64,000 nt of DNA, taken from positions 566,280-630,279 of the forward strand of contig JALDTO010000213.1 in assembly GCA_023515725.1 (NCBI GenBank), read 5' to 3'. This DNA comes from Amoeboaphelidium protococcarum X5. Its lineage: Eukaryota > Fungi > Aphelidiomycota. Shown here one piece after another: positions 1-15,513 of the stretch. A model generated the notes under the pieces. It had not been told where the DNA came from. It did no database searches and saw nothing but the letters and a program-made list of their open reading frames with translations. Within the stretch, counting starts at the first letter, position 1, and each line of letters opens with the position of its first letter. Both the position numbers and the translations under genes were made by a program.

Positions 1-94
1 CAAAATGCCTGCTCAGCCTGGTATGAAAGTGTACGATCTGACTGTGCCATCTACTCTGAATTTCGGCTTGGCTAATGGTTTGCATGTATTTGAC
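1..94 (+). mobile_element. Intein C-terminal splicing region (blocks F/G) inserted in the RPC1 bridge helix
   Basis: [23 protein letters not shown] directly precedes TAETGY, where RPC1 should read GLVDTAVK. It matches the intein consensus VYDLTV..HNF.ANG...HN/(C,S,T), with Thr at +1. Confidence 0.85.
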
Positions 95-1717
95 ACGGCC
101 GAGACTGGTTACATGCAGCGTAGACTGATGAAAGCATTGGAAGATTTATCCGTGAGCTATGACTATAGTGTGAGAAGTAGTGTCGGATCAATGATACAGT
201 TTGAGTATGGAAATGATAAACTGGACCCCACGTCAATGGAAGGTAATGATGTGCCTGTGGATTTTAATAAGAATTTTCTGGCTTGTATGAATCTGCATAG
301 AGCGCAAGATGATGATCTGCTTCTATTACCAGATTAAGTATGTGACTTGGTTAAGCAATTGGTCATGGATGGAGAGTTTCTATAGCATTGCCCTTAGCAG
401 TATGGCGACAGTGTAGTTGCTTTTGTACAAGATAAAGTGGCTCCTAAGGCATCGACTCCTGGCTTTAAAGTCACGCAAAAGATATTGGAAAACTTTGTCA
501 ACGTTTGCCGGCGAAAGTATTACAAGTCCAAGATTGAACCTGGATCTGCTGTGGGGGCTCTTGCGGCGCAATCTATTGGTGAGCCAGGTACGTAGATGAC
601 TTTGAAAACTTTTCACTTTGCCGGTGTCGCGTCTATGAGCATCACCTTAGGTGTGCCGCGTATTAAGGAGATTATCAATGCCTCGAAGCTCATCAAGACT
701 CCGATCATCACGGCTAAACTTGTTAAGGATGATAATCAGACTGTGGCTAGAATTGTCAAGGGAAGAATTGAGGCGACCAAGTTGGGTCAAGTTGTTGAGT
801 ACGTGTAGGAAGTGATATCTGGGTCTGCTTGTTATTTAGACCTGAAGGTTGACTGGGAAGCTATACGCCAGTTGCAACTCGAGATTGATGAGAGTTCAAT
901 ATGTACAGCTATAGCTAAGGCTCCAAAGCTTAAAGTTGGTGCATCAGATATCTAAATGTCAAAGAAGAATCAGGCCATCCGAATCCTGGTGCATGATGCC
1001 AAGAAGGCTGACTCGGCATTCTATGAACTGTAGAGAGTAAAGAGATTGATTACTGATGTTATCATATGCGGAATCCCGACTGTGAATAGAGCTGTGATCA
1101 ATGAACAGCAGGGCAAGAGCGGTCATTATGAACTTTTAGCTGAAGGTTATGGTTTGCGATAGGTGATGACCACCGATGGTGTCGTTGGACTAGAGTCGAC
1201 TAGTAATCACATTGCTGAAGTTGAGTCGGTGCTGGGTATTGAAGCTGCCAGATAATCCATCATCGACTAGATTCAGTATACTATGAGTAGTCACGGTATG
1301 ACAATTGATTCTAGGCATGTGATGATTCTGGCTGATATCATGACATTCAAGGGTGAAGTATTGGGCATAACGCGATTCGGAATTGCCAAGATGAAAGACA
1401 GTGTTCTCATGTTGGCCTCATTTGAGAAGACCACTGATCACCTCTTTGACGCGTCCACCTACTCTAAAGTTGACCACATTGAGGGAGTATCTGAGCGTAT
1501 TATCATGGGTGTGCACATGAATGTCGGTACTGGAGCGTTCAAGATTCTTCAATAAGTTGACTTGTCCGAAGATAAGAACTGTGGCAGTGATTAAGGTTCT
1601 TCGGCATTATAGAAGAAATCTTATCCATTAAAAGATCAAAAGTAGCAGTTATTATATCAAAGACCTTTGCTGTTTGATGTGCCCGAGTATCATCCATCCA
1701 TCTTTGCACAAGGTTGA
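1..1717 (+). CDS. RPC1: RNA polymerase III largest subunit, C-terminal part (5' truncated; begins inside an intein)
   Basis: ORFs 5-337, 596-808 and 1283-1555 share one frame joined by TAA/TAG. Motifs [28 protein letters not shown](TAG)[13 protein letters not shown] and [27 protein letters not shown] are Pol III-type. TGA at 1715-1717. Confidence 0.95.
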
Positions 1718-1816
1718 TTTAAATAAAAAATTGAGTATTTAAAAATGACTATTATCAAGAATATGATTGGTACTATATAGAGATCTTAATAATATACTCT
1801 TAACAAAAATCAAATA

Positions 1817-3568
1817 TCAAGTTTCTCTTAAATAACGAAGCACAGATGGCGATGCAGGTAGATAATCAATATAACGAGGTGAAAGTTGAATCCAGGCATC
1901 TGCTTGAGCACCTCCAATAGTGACGATACCTCTATCAACTGCTAGTGCAACATATTCTTTGAATGATGAACACCCAGCCTAAGTATAGCAGTCACATTTC
2001 TATAAATATGGGGCCACAGTAACTCTCTTGGGCTGTACGAAACCTTGACTTAACAGACGCTGCATCACCACAATTAAATACTCAAAATGAGCAGGCTGAA
2101 CCAAGCTATCTTCACAGTGTAGAGACACTCTATCGTAAAGACTTTTTAACGGATTCAACTACTACTCTTCATCATCACCGCCATCATCATGCCGACGATC
2201 TTAAAAATACGGCACATCTTTTTGGAGTGAGCGTGTTGAACTCTTGTTGAGCCTTGAAGATGTTGAATAATCATTAACACTACTCCCTGATACCAAGCTT
2301 TTTTAGTCATCGCTCTGAATACTCAATGCCAGCGCAGCTTGAGATAAATAATCTGGTTGAGCTTCAAGATATCTATTGCTGACAGAGCCTTACTACTTGC
2401 AAACAACAGTTCGGTATCCAATATTTCCAATATAAAAGATACCATTATCCTCTGATTGTTCCATAATACTTTTGGCAAGCAAATCATTGTTCATAGACAC
2501 CATAAAGTATTTATATCCCCTGTCTATGAACAGATGGTCCACTTTCATGCGGCGATAAAACTCCAAAAGGTCAGCGGGAGTGTGTTCACAATTCAAAAGA
2601 CCACCGACATCAGACGCTAATGGTCTGAATTCAAAAACGTTCCTGTATACGCTATTATTCACAGAAGTTCTATTCATATGAGGCACCTTCCAATGAGCAT
2701 CTGTGCCTTTTCGCTCACCTCGAATAAGATGCAAAAATTGAATTCCCTCCATCTTGGACGCAAAAGAGCAGTATATCATGTCTTTGCCTTACTTGACCAC
2801 ACTTTGCACATGAGCTTTTTATGAAGGCGATGTTGCCTGTTCAGCATATTTCAGTACAGTGGTAATATTAATCTTTAGAGGTACGACAATAACATAATCT
2901 TTACTCGCAGGTTGATCGCTCTCAGGTGATCCACTTCTAGACACGGCAGGCTTCTTATTAGTAATTGAAGATGATGTTGCTGCTGCTGTGCCTTTTGGTG
3001 TACCTTATACCAGCTAATTCTATTCCACTTCAATGAGACGAGTGATAAGCGGTAGGAGGCACCCAAACGCATCCAGAAGATAATCATTGGGAGACTCTTA
3101 CTCATTTAAGTTAAGAAAGCGATCGAGTACAACGGATAGTGTCTGAATGTATGAAGATGTAAGTGGCTCGTCTGGAGACTATGAACTATAATGCTCCGGT
3201 AGAAGATCAGCAAACTACTACAGCGATGATATCCAATCATCCTCAGCCAAGAGCAGTTTATTCAGACTCTCTGCCACCACCGCGTTCTTAATCATACTCT
3301 TCTTACGCATTAAGATTTACTTGACCGCTGTAATAGCCTAGTCCTCTTCTATCAAATAGCTCTTGAATAGAGACTGCGATGCCAGCATCTATGGCAGGAG
3401 TGCAGACATTCGCCTCTCTTGCACCACCACCACTTCAGGTTATTATTACTCGACCGTTTATTGCATAGGCGGCTCTTTCAAAGCATGTAAATAATCGCAT
3501 CTACTACCAAACTTACAGCGACCATCTTTCAAAAAGTTACGGCATAGTATTTGCTTCTTTCTGCTCAT
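1817..3568 (-). CDS. CCCH zinc-finger protein (~583 aa), putative RNA-binding
   Basis: Starts MSRKKQILCRNFLKDGRCKFGSRCDYLH (C-x8-C-x5-C-x3-H). Same frame as ORF 2393-2779; in-frame TGA at 1817-1819. Confidence 0.6.
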
Positions 3569-4765
3569 TATATTATAATTCTCGTATATAATACTGTTGC
3601 TTTTGCTGGATGTAAAATAAATCGAGCGGTTTCGCGTGTAAGTTGAAAAAAGAATTGAAAATCTACAAGCGTGTGAAAGCATAAGGTCTGTGGTTCAGAC
3701 TGGAACGAACTTACTGAGAGATTAGAAGTAAAATTCATTAAATATTATTCAGTAAGTATAAGATATAATTATCATTCATCATACGTCAAATTCATAGACT
3801 AAATCCTCTTTAAAGTCCAGAATTAAAGGAGTGTCCTTTACGTTTCGCCTTGGGCCATCATTACTCTGACGCGTCAAAGCCGTTCCTGAGGCTGGTCCAA
3901 TATTTATCTCCCGTCGTTCTTCTATTACATTTTTATCGATAATACGTTCTTGTAAGTTTTCAGAGGCATCCGACTTGAATAGTATTAACATTAACTTTAA
4001 ACTAACCGTAAGTAGATTTTGCCGATATCATGAAGTGAGGCCTGACATTTTCTTCCAATAAACAGTCTCTCTCGATATCCATGCTCAATTACGGCTCACT
4101 ATGACAGGCGCCACTCTGAGAGGGCGCTCAAATAGTGATAATTTACCAGAGTTGAAACGCGATATCCTATAGATGAAATACAAATTCTCCTTCACGTTTA
4201 GATTCACCGTCTTTATAATTTTACATTTCTCTCCCTATTAATTCCATTCACCATGACGAAAGCAACGGAACAATCACACTCAATCAGTAGAACTAAGATT
4301 CTATCATTGAAGATATTACATCATATGATTGTGGGCCAGAGCAGTAAATGAAGACTCAAAAGCCAAGCGCGCTTAGATGGCCATTCGTCTCGGACAACAC
4401 ATTGATTGTATTTAGATGCTTCTACCAGCCAATAAAAATTAAAATAACAATTGTTGACGTAAATGCAGTATATATATTATTCATATCGCCGAGAGTGTGT
4501 GGGCTCACTGCGCATGTATCGCGTACAAAGCAGTTGCTAAGGAGAAGAATGGACGAAACGTGGGTACCAAAACTGTTGCAAAGAAGGAGGATCCCGATGG
4601 ATGAAACGCGCGTTTCAGACAATGTGAAACAGAGGCACTCCGTTTCAGAGCATATCACATGACCATTGTGAAATGGAAACAAACAAACAAACAATTGAAC
4701 AAAACGCAAACTCGACCCCGCACTAACTTCTTATCCTCCTGGCTCTACACATCTACGAAAGTAAA

Positions 4766-6298
4766 ATGTTTATTGCTGGAGACTTTTGTGATATTAGTGA
4801 TGCATCTAATGCAGAAACTATTACTACTACTACTACCACCACTACTACTACTACTCTGTTGGGCGCCACCACTGTGGTCAGAATGCGCTACTCTTCAGCT
4901 GCTTGTTGGGCGTTTCGATTTGCTCCACCTCCACCATCCCCTCTCATTTCCACCTCCACCCCACCCGAAACACCACAAGTACAGAAGATGTAGCATGGTC
5001 CTAGTAACTTCTCTACTTCTCTGCCTCCTAGACAAGTGCTGAACTCTGTGTCAGTGACGGGAGAGCCGGCCTCGAGAGTAGATGAAGTGAAAAGCCAGCA
5101 ATCTGAGGCGACAGTGGTTACACAAGGCAACACTGGCTCTGGTTTTTGCTCTGCTGACTCTGTTCCGCTTTCTGTCGCTGCTCCGTCTGTTGCTGGTACT
5201 CCTGGTCCTGAGTCTAGTGATGCTGCTCCTGCCTCTGCTCTGTGTCAGGTTATTGCACCTCTGATGCCTCGTGCTCCGGTGTTTCCGACTGGCGAGTTTC
5301 GATCTCCTCGTCCCGGATTCGGTGTACCTATGGTTGAATTGCGCTTGGCTGCACTGGGTAACAAGGAAATTCAGTAGAAGGCTGGTAAATCCAGTCGTGC
5401 TGACAACTTTCTTAAAGCCATGAAGTGTGGTCCGGCGTAATACATCGACAATAGGGAAGTCGATGAAAGGGTGAGGAAAGAAGCAACAGACAGTTGGTAG
5501 GCTAAGCTGAAGACAATGGGTGGCACACGTCGCTTCTCCCGTGTCTGGCACTCTGTAACCCCTGACAATCTGGAAGACTTTGACATCCTTAGGGAGGCCA
5601 AGCCTGAGAGATTGCCAATGGAGCAGATTGCAGCCGGTGAAGTAAAGAAGATGGTTCCTTGGTCTAATGGCAAGTCTTTTTATAGACGCACCAAGATCGA
5701 GATCCCCTTCTTGTAGACTGCCTACTACGCTACAATGGACTTCTACATTGAGCGGAACAGAGCTGGTAAGTCAAATCAGGGCTGGTTTGCCTTGTGGGAC
5801 TACTTTTAGAGGCTGGTCATTTCTGAGTAAGTTTATATCTATCTGTTTGCAATTCTCTAATCTATAATGCTCGTTTGTGTAGTTCATGAATGTGAATCTG
5901 GATGGCCACCTCTGCTCTGTATATAGGATCGACTACACACAACAACACAACAACTACGACGACAACACCAGCTATTACACAACTAACGTAGTTTAATAAT
6001 AAAAAATACAAAAAATACAAAAAATATAAAAATACCAAAAAATATAAAAATACCAAAAAAAAGGCCCTAGGCCATGTTCTCTAACCTGTTGAATGTGTAG
6101 GTACTTTACTGCTGCTGCGACCTTCTGGTTTTGGACTCTCTGTGGACTTTGAGGACTTTATTTGATTCTGTGGTAAGTGTATTCTTTATTGAGGTGACGA
6201 CAAGGTTTTGGTACGAGAAGCAAGTGGCGGACGTGATACATTCTCATCCAACGGTAAGGTTCTACTACTTGCTGATATTGCAACATTATACTTTATGA
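4766..6298 (+). CDS. Hypothetical low-complexity Thr/Pro/Ser-rich protein; 3' end uncertain
   Basis: ORFs 4766-4993, 5036-5377 and 5516-5716 are one frame joined by TAR codons; the first in-frame TGA is near 6298. No recognisable domain; the 3' part runs through A-rich repeats and may be spliced or non-coding. Confidence 0.4.
6001..6062 (+). repeat. A-rich short tandem repeat (AAAAAATAC / AAAAATATAAAAATACC units)
   Basis: aaaaaatacaaaaaatacaaaaaatataaaaataccaaaaaatataaaaataccaaaaaaaa read directly. Confidence 0.85.
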
Positions 6299-6670
6299 TC
6301 TCTCTCGATATGTAGGATGAGTTTGTGATTGCAACTTGCTTCGCCCAGTTAAGGTTTGCAGCAGGAAGGTAAGATTGTATTATTCGTTGTAGTAACTTTT
6401 GTAAACAGATGTAGGTGACATATTGCTCTGGTTGCTCTTACTTTGTCCTCTGGTCTATCTAATCCGTTTCCTCTAACTATGTTCCCCATCTCTGATTCTC
6501 AATCACTCGCTGTTGGTGCATTCCTCTCGCCTGCACAGGTCTGTCTAAGGCTCTCCCCCTCCTCATGCTCGTTACTTGTCTCTCTGCGTTGCTTAATGGT
6601 TACCTAGTTATGACTGATACTCTCAAGACTTCTCTGCTTATGTCTGGTTTATGGCATGTTTTGGCTTAAT

Positions 6671-6816
6671 TCGTCTCTTTCTGCTTATTGGTACTTAAAG
6701 TCTGGTCTTATCCTGTACTTTCCTCTGCATACCTCCTGTCGTCTCTTTCTGCTTATTGGTACTTAAAGTCTGGTCTTATCCTGTACTTTCCTCTGCATAC
6801 CTCCTGTCGTCTCTTT
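6671..6816 (+). repeat. 68-bp direct tandem duplication (~2.1 copies)
   Basis: Unit tcgtctctttctgcttattggtacttaaagtctggtcttatcctgtactttcctctgcatacctcctg starts at 6671 and 6739; a partial third copy starts at 6807. Confidence 0.9.
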
Positions 6817-7723
6817 TCCTCTGGCTTCTGCTTTTATCTGGCTGGTGTATACTCTTGCACGCGCTCCTGAATATCATCCATTCAACTGCACATTCTAATC
6901 CTCTGCTGTTTCCTCTGTCGGTATCTTTCCTTTTTGCTTCTCCGTCTGTCTCCTCTCGGCTGGTATCCTCTACCTCTATCTGCATCTCTCTCTCTCTCTC
7001 TGCTGGTATACTCTTGCCCCCTCTCTCTGTCTGTGTCTCTGGTGATATCCTCTTCCTCTGTCTGTCTGTCTGTCTGTCTCTCTGCTGGCGTGCCTGTACC
7101 TCGCTGGGTCACTTAGGTTGTTGAATAATGATGGTAGTTAATTTTATTTCTTTCTCTTTTAAACAAGGCTTTTTTTAAACTTTGTTTTATCTTTTAATTC
7201 ATCTCAGACTATTAGATTATACCACCAGCTTCAACTATACAGTACCAAAGTCCAAACAATCTTGCTTCACGCTCACTGCGATCCTCGGCGTCGCCATTCT
7301 TGCATGTTCCACTTCAGACAAAGAGTGATATAGTGGGATGCTTACTACATGCTCGCACTACTGTATTCGACAGTATGGTGAACATTATTGACTGAACTTA
7401 TCGCACGGCATTCATTTTATGCTACTCCCTGACAACATCTGTTGATTGTCGTCTAAAACAGTAAAAGTATAATGATCAGTCAGTCACATAGAGCGGACTA
7501 GAAAAACTTTAGAGATTGATTATACAATGGTATTGCCAGGTAGATCAAACTTATAGTCTTCTTCAGTGGGAATCGTTCCAACAGCGGGCGCTCAATATAA
7601 ACTCATCACATAACAGCCCGCAAACTAAACAAAGCCACCGAGCGCGTGTGATTGGAGCGTTTATCAATTCAAAGTCATTGGCGCTTACATCATCGAAACG
7701 ACGATTCGAAACAGGAAGAGAAA

Positions 7724-8432
7724 ATGCGTCGCTGGGTTTCTCTTCTAGTCTACGTCATTGTGATTACTTTATCTGTACAAGTAGTCAAAATTCTGCTCTC
7801 TACTACACGTTTAAATACTACTAGCAATTCGCTACTTGCCACTTTTCGCAAGTTTTATAGTACTACCGCATCATCTAACATGGCTGCCAAGAGTTTTCAT
7901 GATTTCACCGTGAACGACATCAAGCATCAACCGTATGATCTTGCTCAGTTGAAGGGAAAGGTGAGTCTTATTCAACTAATTGATTGTTTTAATTCGTATT
8001 CGCTCATTCGCACTTTGTAAGTAGGTTGTGCTAGTTGTGAACACTGCTTCCGAGTGTGGATTCACCAATCAGTACGATGGTCTGCAAAAGCTGTATGACT
8101 AGTACAAGGACAAGGGATTCACCGTGTTGGGATTTCCATGTAATCAGTTTGGTGGTCAGGAGCCTGGCAGTGAAGATTAGATTCAGAATTTCTGCACCAC
8201 CCGCTTCAATGTCAAGTTCCCGCTGATGGAGAAGGTTGACGTAAATGGCGACAACACCCACCCGCTGTACCAGTGGATGAAGTCCCAAAAGTCTTAACTG
8301 ATGATGGAGCGCATCAAGTGGAACTTTGAAAAGTTTCTGATCGGCAAGGATGGCCAGGTTGTCGATCGTTTCGCGTCAACCACCACACCGGACTCGATTG
8401 CAAAGAACGTTGAGAAGGAGCTGAGCAAGTGA
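7724..8432 (+). CDS. GPX: Glutathione peroxidase (Cys-type GPX); intron 7961-8024; alternative start at 7880
   Basis: LKGK|[31 protein letters not shown] and [10 protein letters not shown] motifs; GTGAGT...TAG intron; TGA 8430-8432. Confidence 0.93.
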
Positions 8433-8852
8433 CTATCTAGCGGTTCTCTTTGCAAATTGTGACAATCAATTTTCTGAAACTGAATATAAATAATGATTAC
8501 TGAAATGCATCTTTACTTTTACATTATACGCCTTCAATTTACAAAAACGGTTATAGAATTAACGATGAACTTGGCGTCAAACGATGATAATCCAATTGCA
8601 AATGGGCTTTCTTACAAGACCAGATTGATCGAAGTGGTGGCAAACTAGTGATGAAGCGATCAATCGCCATCGCGTTTTCTCTCTCGCTTTCTTGTTTTAA
8701 ACTTTCCTGTTTGCGCTCTTTCACGCTTTTGATCCTTTGTGTGTTTTCATTCAATTCCTCATAGAAATTGCCAGGTATTTGTGTATTCTGCATTAGATTT
8801 AGTCTAGTCTGTAAATAGAAATTACATTGCAATAATTAAATCTTTTTGTAAA

Positions 8853-10139
8853 ATGATGGCAAGTAATAATGGATAGTAGCAGGAGGAGGATTTGAGTAAG
8901 ATTGTGGCTCAAGATCCTCTGAGCAGACTGGAAAACTTCTCCATCATCGAGTCTACGCTGAGAGAGGGTGAGCAGTTTGCTAATGCATTCTTTGATCGCG
9001 AGAAGAAGATTGAGATTGCCAAAGCTCTGGATGAATTCGGTGTGGAGTACATTGAGCTGACCAGTCCTGCTGCCTCTCAGCAATCGCGGGAGGACTGTGA
9101 GGCCATCTGCAAGTTGGGGCTGAAGAGCAAGATACTGACGCACGTTAGATGCCACATGGATGATGCTAGAATTGCGGTAGAGACTGGTGTGGATGGCTTG
9201 GATGTTGTCATTGGTACTTCATCTATTTTGAGAGAATTCTCTCATGGTAAGGATATGAATTATATTACGGAGAAGGCGATCGAAGTGGTCAACTATATCA
9301 AGAGCAAAGGATTGGAGGTGAGATTTAGCAGTGAGGATTCCTTCAGATCCGATCTGGTTGATCTGCTGAACATTTATAGAACCATGGATAGAATTGGTGT
9401 AAATCGTGTTGGTATTGCGGATACTGTCGGAGTGGCTAGTCCTCGCCAAGTGTATGAGTTGGTACGCACTCTGCGAAGTGTTGTCAGTTGTGATATTGAG
9501 TGTCACTTCCACAATGACACTGGATGTGCAATAGCGAATGCATATGCTGCACTCGAAGCTGGAGCTACTCATATCGATACTTCGGTACTAGGTATCGGGG
9601 AGCGTAACGGTATTACTCCTCTTGGTGGCCTGGTGGCTAGAATGTACACTGTGAACAAGGATTACATTAAAAGCAAGTACAAGTTGCACATGCTGCGTGA
9701 TATTGAGAATCTGGTCGCTGATGCCGTGTCTGTGCAAGTCCCGTTCAACAACTACATTACGGGATACTGTGCATTTACCCACAAGGCAGGTATTCATGCC
9801 AAGGCCATATTGAATAATCCATCCACTTATGAAATTCTGAAGCCTGAAGACTTTGGTATGACTCGCTACGTGTCCATTGGACATCGTCTGACTGGGTGGA
9901 ATGCTGTGAAGAATCGTGTTTAGTAACTCGGCTTGCACTTGACTGATGACCAGATCAAGTCTGTGACTGCGCAGATCAAATTGTTGGCTGATGTTAAACC
10001 TCAATCTGTGGAAGATGTTGATCAGCTGTTAAAGTAGTATCACAGCGAGTTTATTGAGTAGAACGGAGTGGATGGGTAGTAGTACTAGTAATAGTAAGAC
10101 GATTAGGTGGACGGTACAGTAGTTGTAGTTGAACAATGA
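8853..10139 (+). CDS. LYS20: Homocitrate synthase (alpha-aminoadipate lysine pathway)
   Basis: [30 protein letters not shown] and [14 protein letters not shown] motifs; extends through TAG/TAA (NRVQQLGL) to TGA 10137-10139. Confidence 0.96.
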
Positions 10140-10283
10140 TTATAAATCATGATTCTTCTTTCGTAGTACAAAACGTTGTTGCAATTTGGTTTTATTTTCA
10201 TTTTGAATGGCCTCAATAACAACAAGCTTCGTACTTAATATTTACTAATTCATCGATCGTTCGTTTAATCTGCGGTAGTCGCA

Positions 10284-10603
10284 ATGCAAAATTTAGCGCG
10301 AGATTTGCTCACAGAGTAATGCGTCGTGGCCAATCGCTGTCATGCATCTCAGGTCAAGTTGCAATCGGAAATTGAGCGTCTTAATGCTGGTATGTATTCG
10401 TTCATTATTCCGCTATAAGGTTCACGTAAAACTTTATTGTAGAGTTGTAATTGATCCAGGATACCGTTCACCGTCCGCAGTTGCAGGAGAGTATTACAAA
10501 ACTGCGCGATGCTCAAGATCGATTGATTAACGTCAACTAACGCCTGCATAATATTAATAATGGATTGAAGATGTATAAAGAAGATTTTAATAGTAGTAAT
10601 TGA
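10284..10603 (+). CDS. Snapin-like BLOC-1 subunit (~88 aa); intron 10390-10442
   Basis: Spliced translation SQVKLQSEIERLNAE|LQLIQDTVHRPQLQESITKLRDAQDRLINVNQRLHNINNGL resembles the Snapin coiled coil; GTATGT...TGTAG intron; start uncertain. Confidence 0.6.
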
Positions 10604-10627
10604 ATGCTATTGATTAATACAAATTTT

Positions 10628-12661
10628 TCATGGTTAATTATCATCGTCTTCATCTTATTCCGCACTGTCAGTCAACTCTGCTAGATCAAGTATCTAAATT
10701 CTCTTGTCATTATAGACGGCGGCAAGATTTCTTTTTATACTGATGGCTAGTCTGCAATTACTCTTAACTTTGCACCTTGACTTGAATGATAATTTCTTGG
10801 TCTCATTCAACTCTTGTATATCCAGTGCAGTAATATAATCGCAATAGTCAGTTTAAGACGTGATGAGGAGTATAACAAGATCTTGGTTCAGAATTTAGGC
10901 ACTTTTAATAGTCACATCCTGTGGAATCTTATACTCAAACTTATGCTCCTGGTGTAATAGAACGAATATATTATTCTGCACACTGACCAGAATCAGATAA
11001 TTATCAACTTTGCTTCTTATAGAGCACAATGTATCAACCTTCTCCTGAAATCCAAATGAAGTTTATAATTCACCTAAATTTGACGAATAAAATGACATTT
11101 GCAGATACTTAGTTAGTATTCCCATACAACCATCAATTTTCTAACAAAGCAGATTGAACATCTTTTAATCAATAACCCGATCAACCACCATCTTGGTCGA
11201 GTCAACGTTCAACATCTTGCACTGTTGATAATTCACCATGTCATAAGAGGACATGAAGCGCAAAAGCTGCTCCACATCAAATTCTGGACCACCAACCTGC
11301 TCTACAATAGAGTTGAATTCCTCATCTGTTAAGAGTTGAGACCGTTCACTATCTTCCATAAGAATTAAGCAGGACGTGATAAACTTTACAAATACCTCAT
11401 ACCCCACAACAATACTCTGGATACCACTAAGAACTTTAGTACTGAATTCATGTAGCTGATAGCCATACAATCTGCGAGTCTTCATTTCCTCTAATACAGA
11501 TTAATGAGCATAGTCTTGATCTTTAGTATCACTGAGAAACGCCAAGTATAGAGCCTTGCACAGTATAGAGTCATAAATGTCAGCATATCTCTAGAGTGAA
11601 TCTTGTTCCAGCTACTTAATCAAGTCGATTTAAAGTTGTTTAACTTGAGTCAATTGAGAGATCATCTATTTCAAGCCACCACTGCCTTTAATAAAAGTGG
11701 TTACAAGTTCACCGTAGTCCAATCGAGTGCTTTCAATGACTTGATATAACAAGTTGAACGGTTCAACCTGCTAATTTATACAAATCATATCAAATCTTTT
11801 CATCTAATCTTTAATTTGTACATGAATCTTTTAACAACCTTCCTGGATATTATTAATCTACTATATGGCAGTCTGATACTAATTATTGAGATTCATCATT
11901 CCAATAGCTAAATCTTTCAGCAATACCCATACACGATTGCTAAATTGAGGCATACTGAAAGACAATACACCCATCGTATTATCACTCTTCTATATCACAA
12001 CATCCAGAATAGAACCATCTTGAGACAACTGTGCTTCATAACAACTCTAAACTTGATGAGGAATATCTACAGTGCAAACTTGTACCAGACCAAGTACAGA
12101 TATAGTGAGTTTTTGAGACTATTGATTGAACTAAAGGCAAAGTGGCAAATTCAGACTGACAGAATACTTGAACTCGTCCCAAATGGAGTACTCAGATGAG
12201 GTGATAAATTGGTCTTTATTGTTCTATTCCTTATGATCATCTTCTTCATCATCACCATGTAGAGTCAAATGAACACATAGACACACTATGTTCCATTTGT
12301 CATCACCATTTGAGAGCTCTTATTACATAGTCTTATCTTGCAACAACTAAGAGAAATCGTAGACTAGCGAATGCTGATTGCCACTTGATTATAGTTGCTA
12401 TTGCTTTTATGGCAAAAGACTCTCTGTATGCAAGACCTTGTTACAACTTCCATCTAGCAGAAACCGACCGTTATATGTAAACCATATAGGTGTAGATTCA
12501 AACTAATGTTCTACTACTTGGTCTCCATTGATTCTGTATAATCTCACAGGACGCTAATCTTTACTGCAGTCATACACAACAAACATATCTGAAGATGGAG
12601 ACCACTATAACACTGCATTCTTGCATCCGCCCTTGATTTTAAAGTCCTCCAAAACTTGCAT
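10628..12661 (-). CDS. APC4: Anaphase-promoting complex subunit 4-like protein (~677 aa)
   Basis: N-terminal LQWSPSSDMF...LYRING resembles the Apc4 WD40 start; helical middle (ORF 11165-11485 in frame); acidic end AVYNDKRIQILDL..EQDEDDD; TGA 10628-10630. Confidence 0.6.
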
Positions 12662-12933
12662 ATTGACTACTAAAAGACCCTGGGACTGCTACAATGATGA
12701 TAAATGGACGTATAGATAATACAGGTAAGATGTCCTAACAGAAAGAAGCTTCTACGTAACTTTTAAAGATGAAACAAGAACAGAAACGCGTCGCGGAATT
12801 TTTCGCTCGCTTTGACCGCGTAGAGATTCAACTTGAAAAAGCCTTCAAGTACTTACTACTGAAAATAGAGTACTCATTCAATGTCGATAATAAAAGATAT
12901 AAAATATAAGTAAATGGACAATTCATTGTTATT

Positions 12934-15513
<2,580 letters not shown>

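Noticed and set aside
3779-4330. Possible small gene (ORF 3779-3991 and upstream sequence)
   Set aside because: All frames I tried are broken by TGA and no motif is recognisable; left unannotated.
6671-6816. CRISPR-like array
   Set aside because: Only two adjacent 68-bp copies with no spacers, no cas genes, and a eukaryotic context.
8025-8075. Selenocysteine GPX or TGA recoding
   Set aside because: The active site is TGT (Cys) in NTASECG; no in-frame TGA was needed in any gene.
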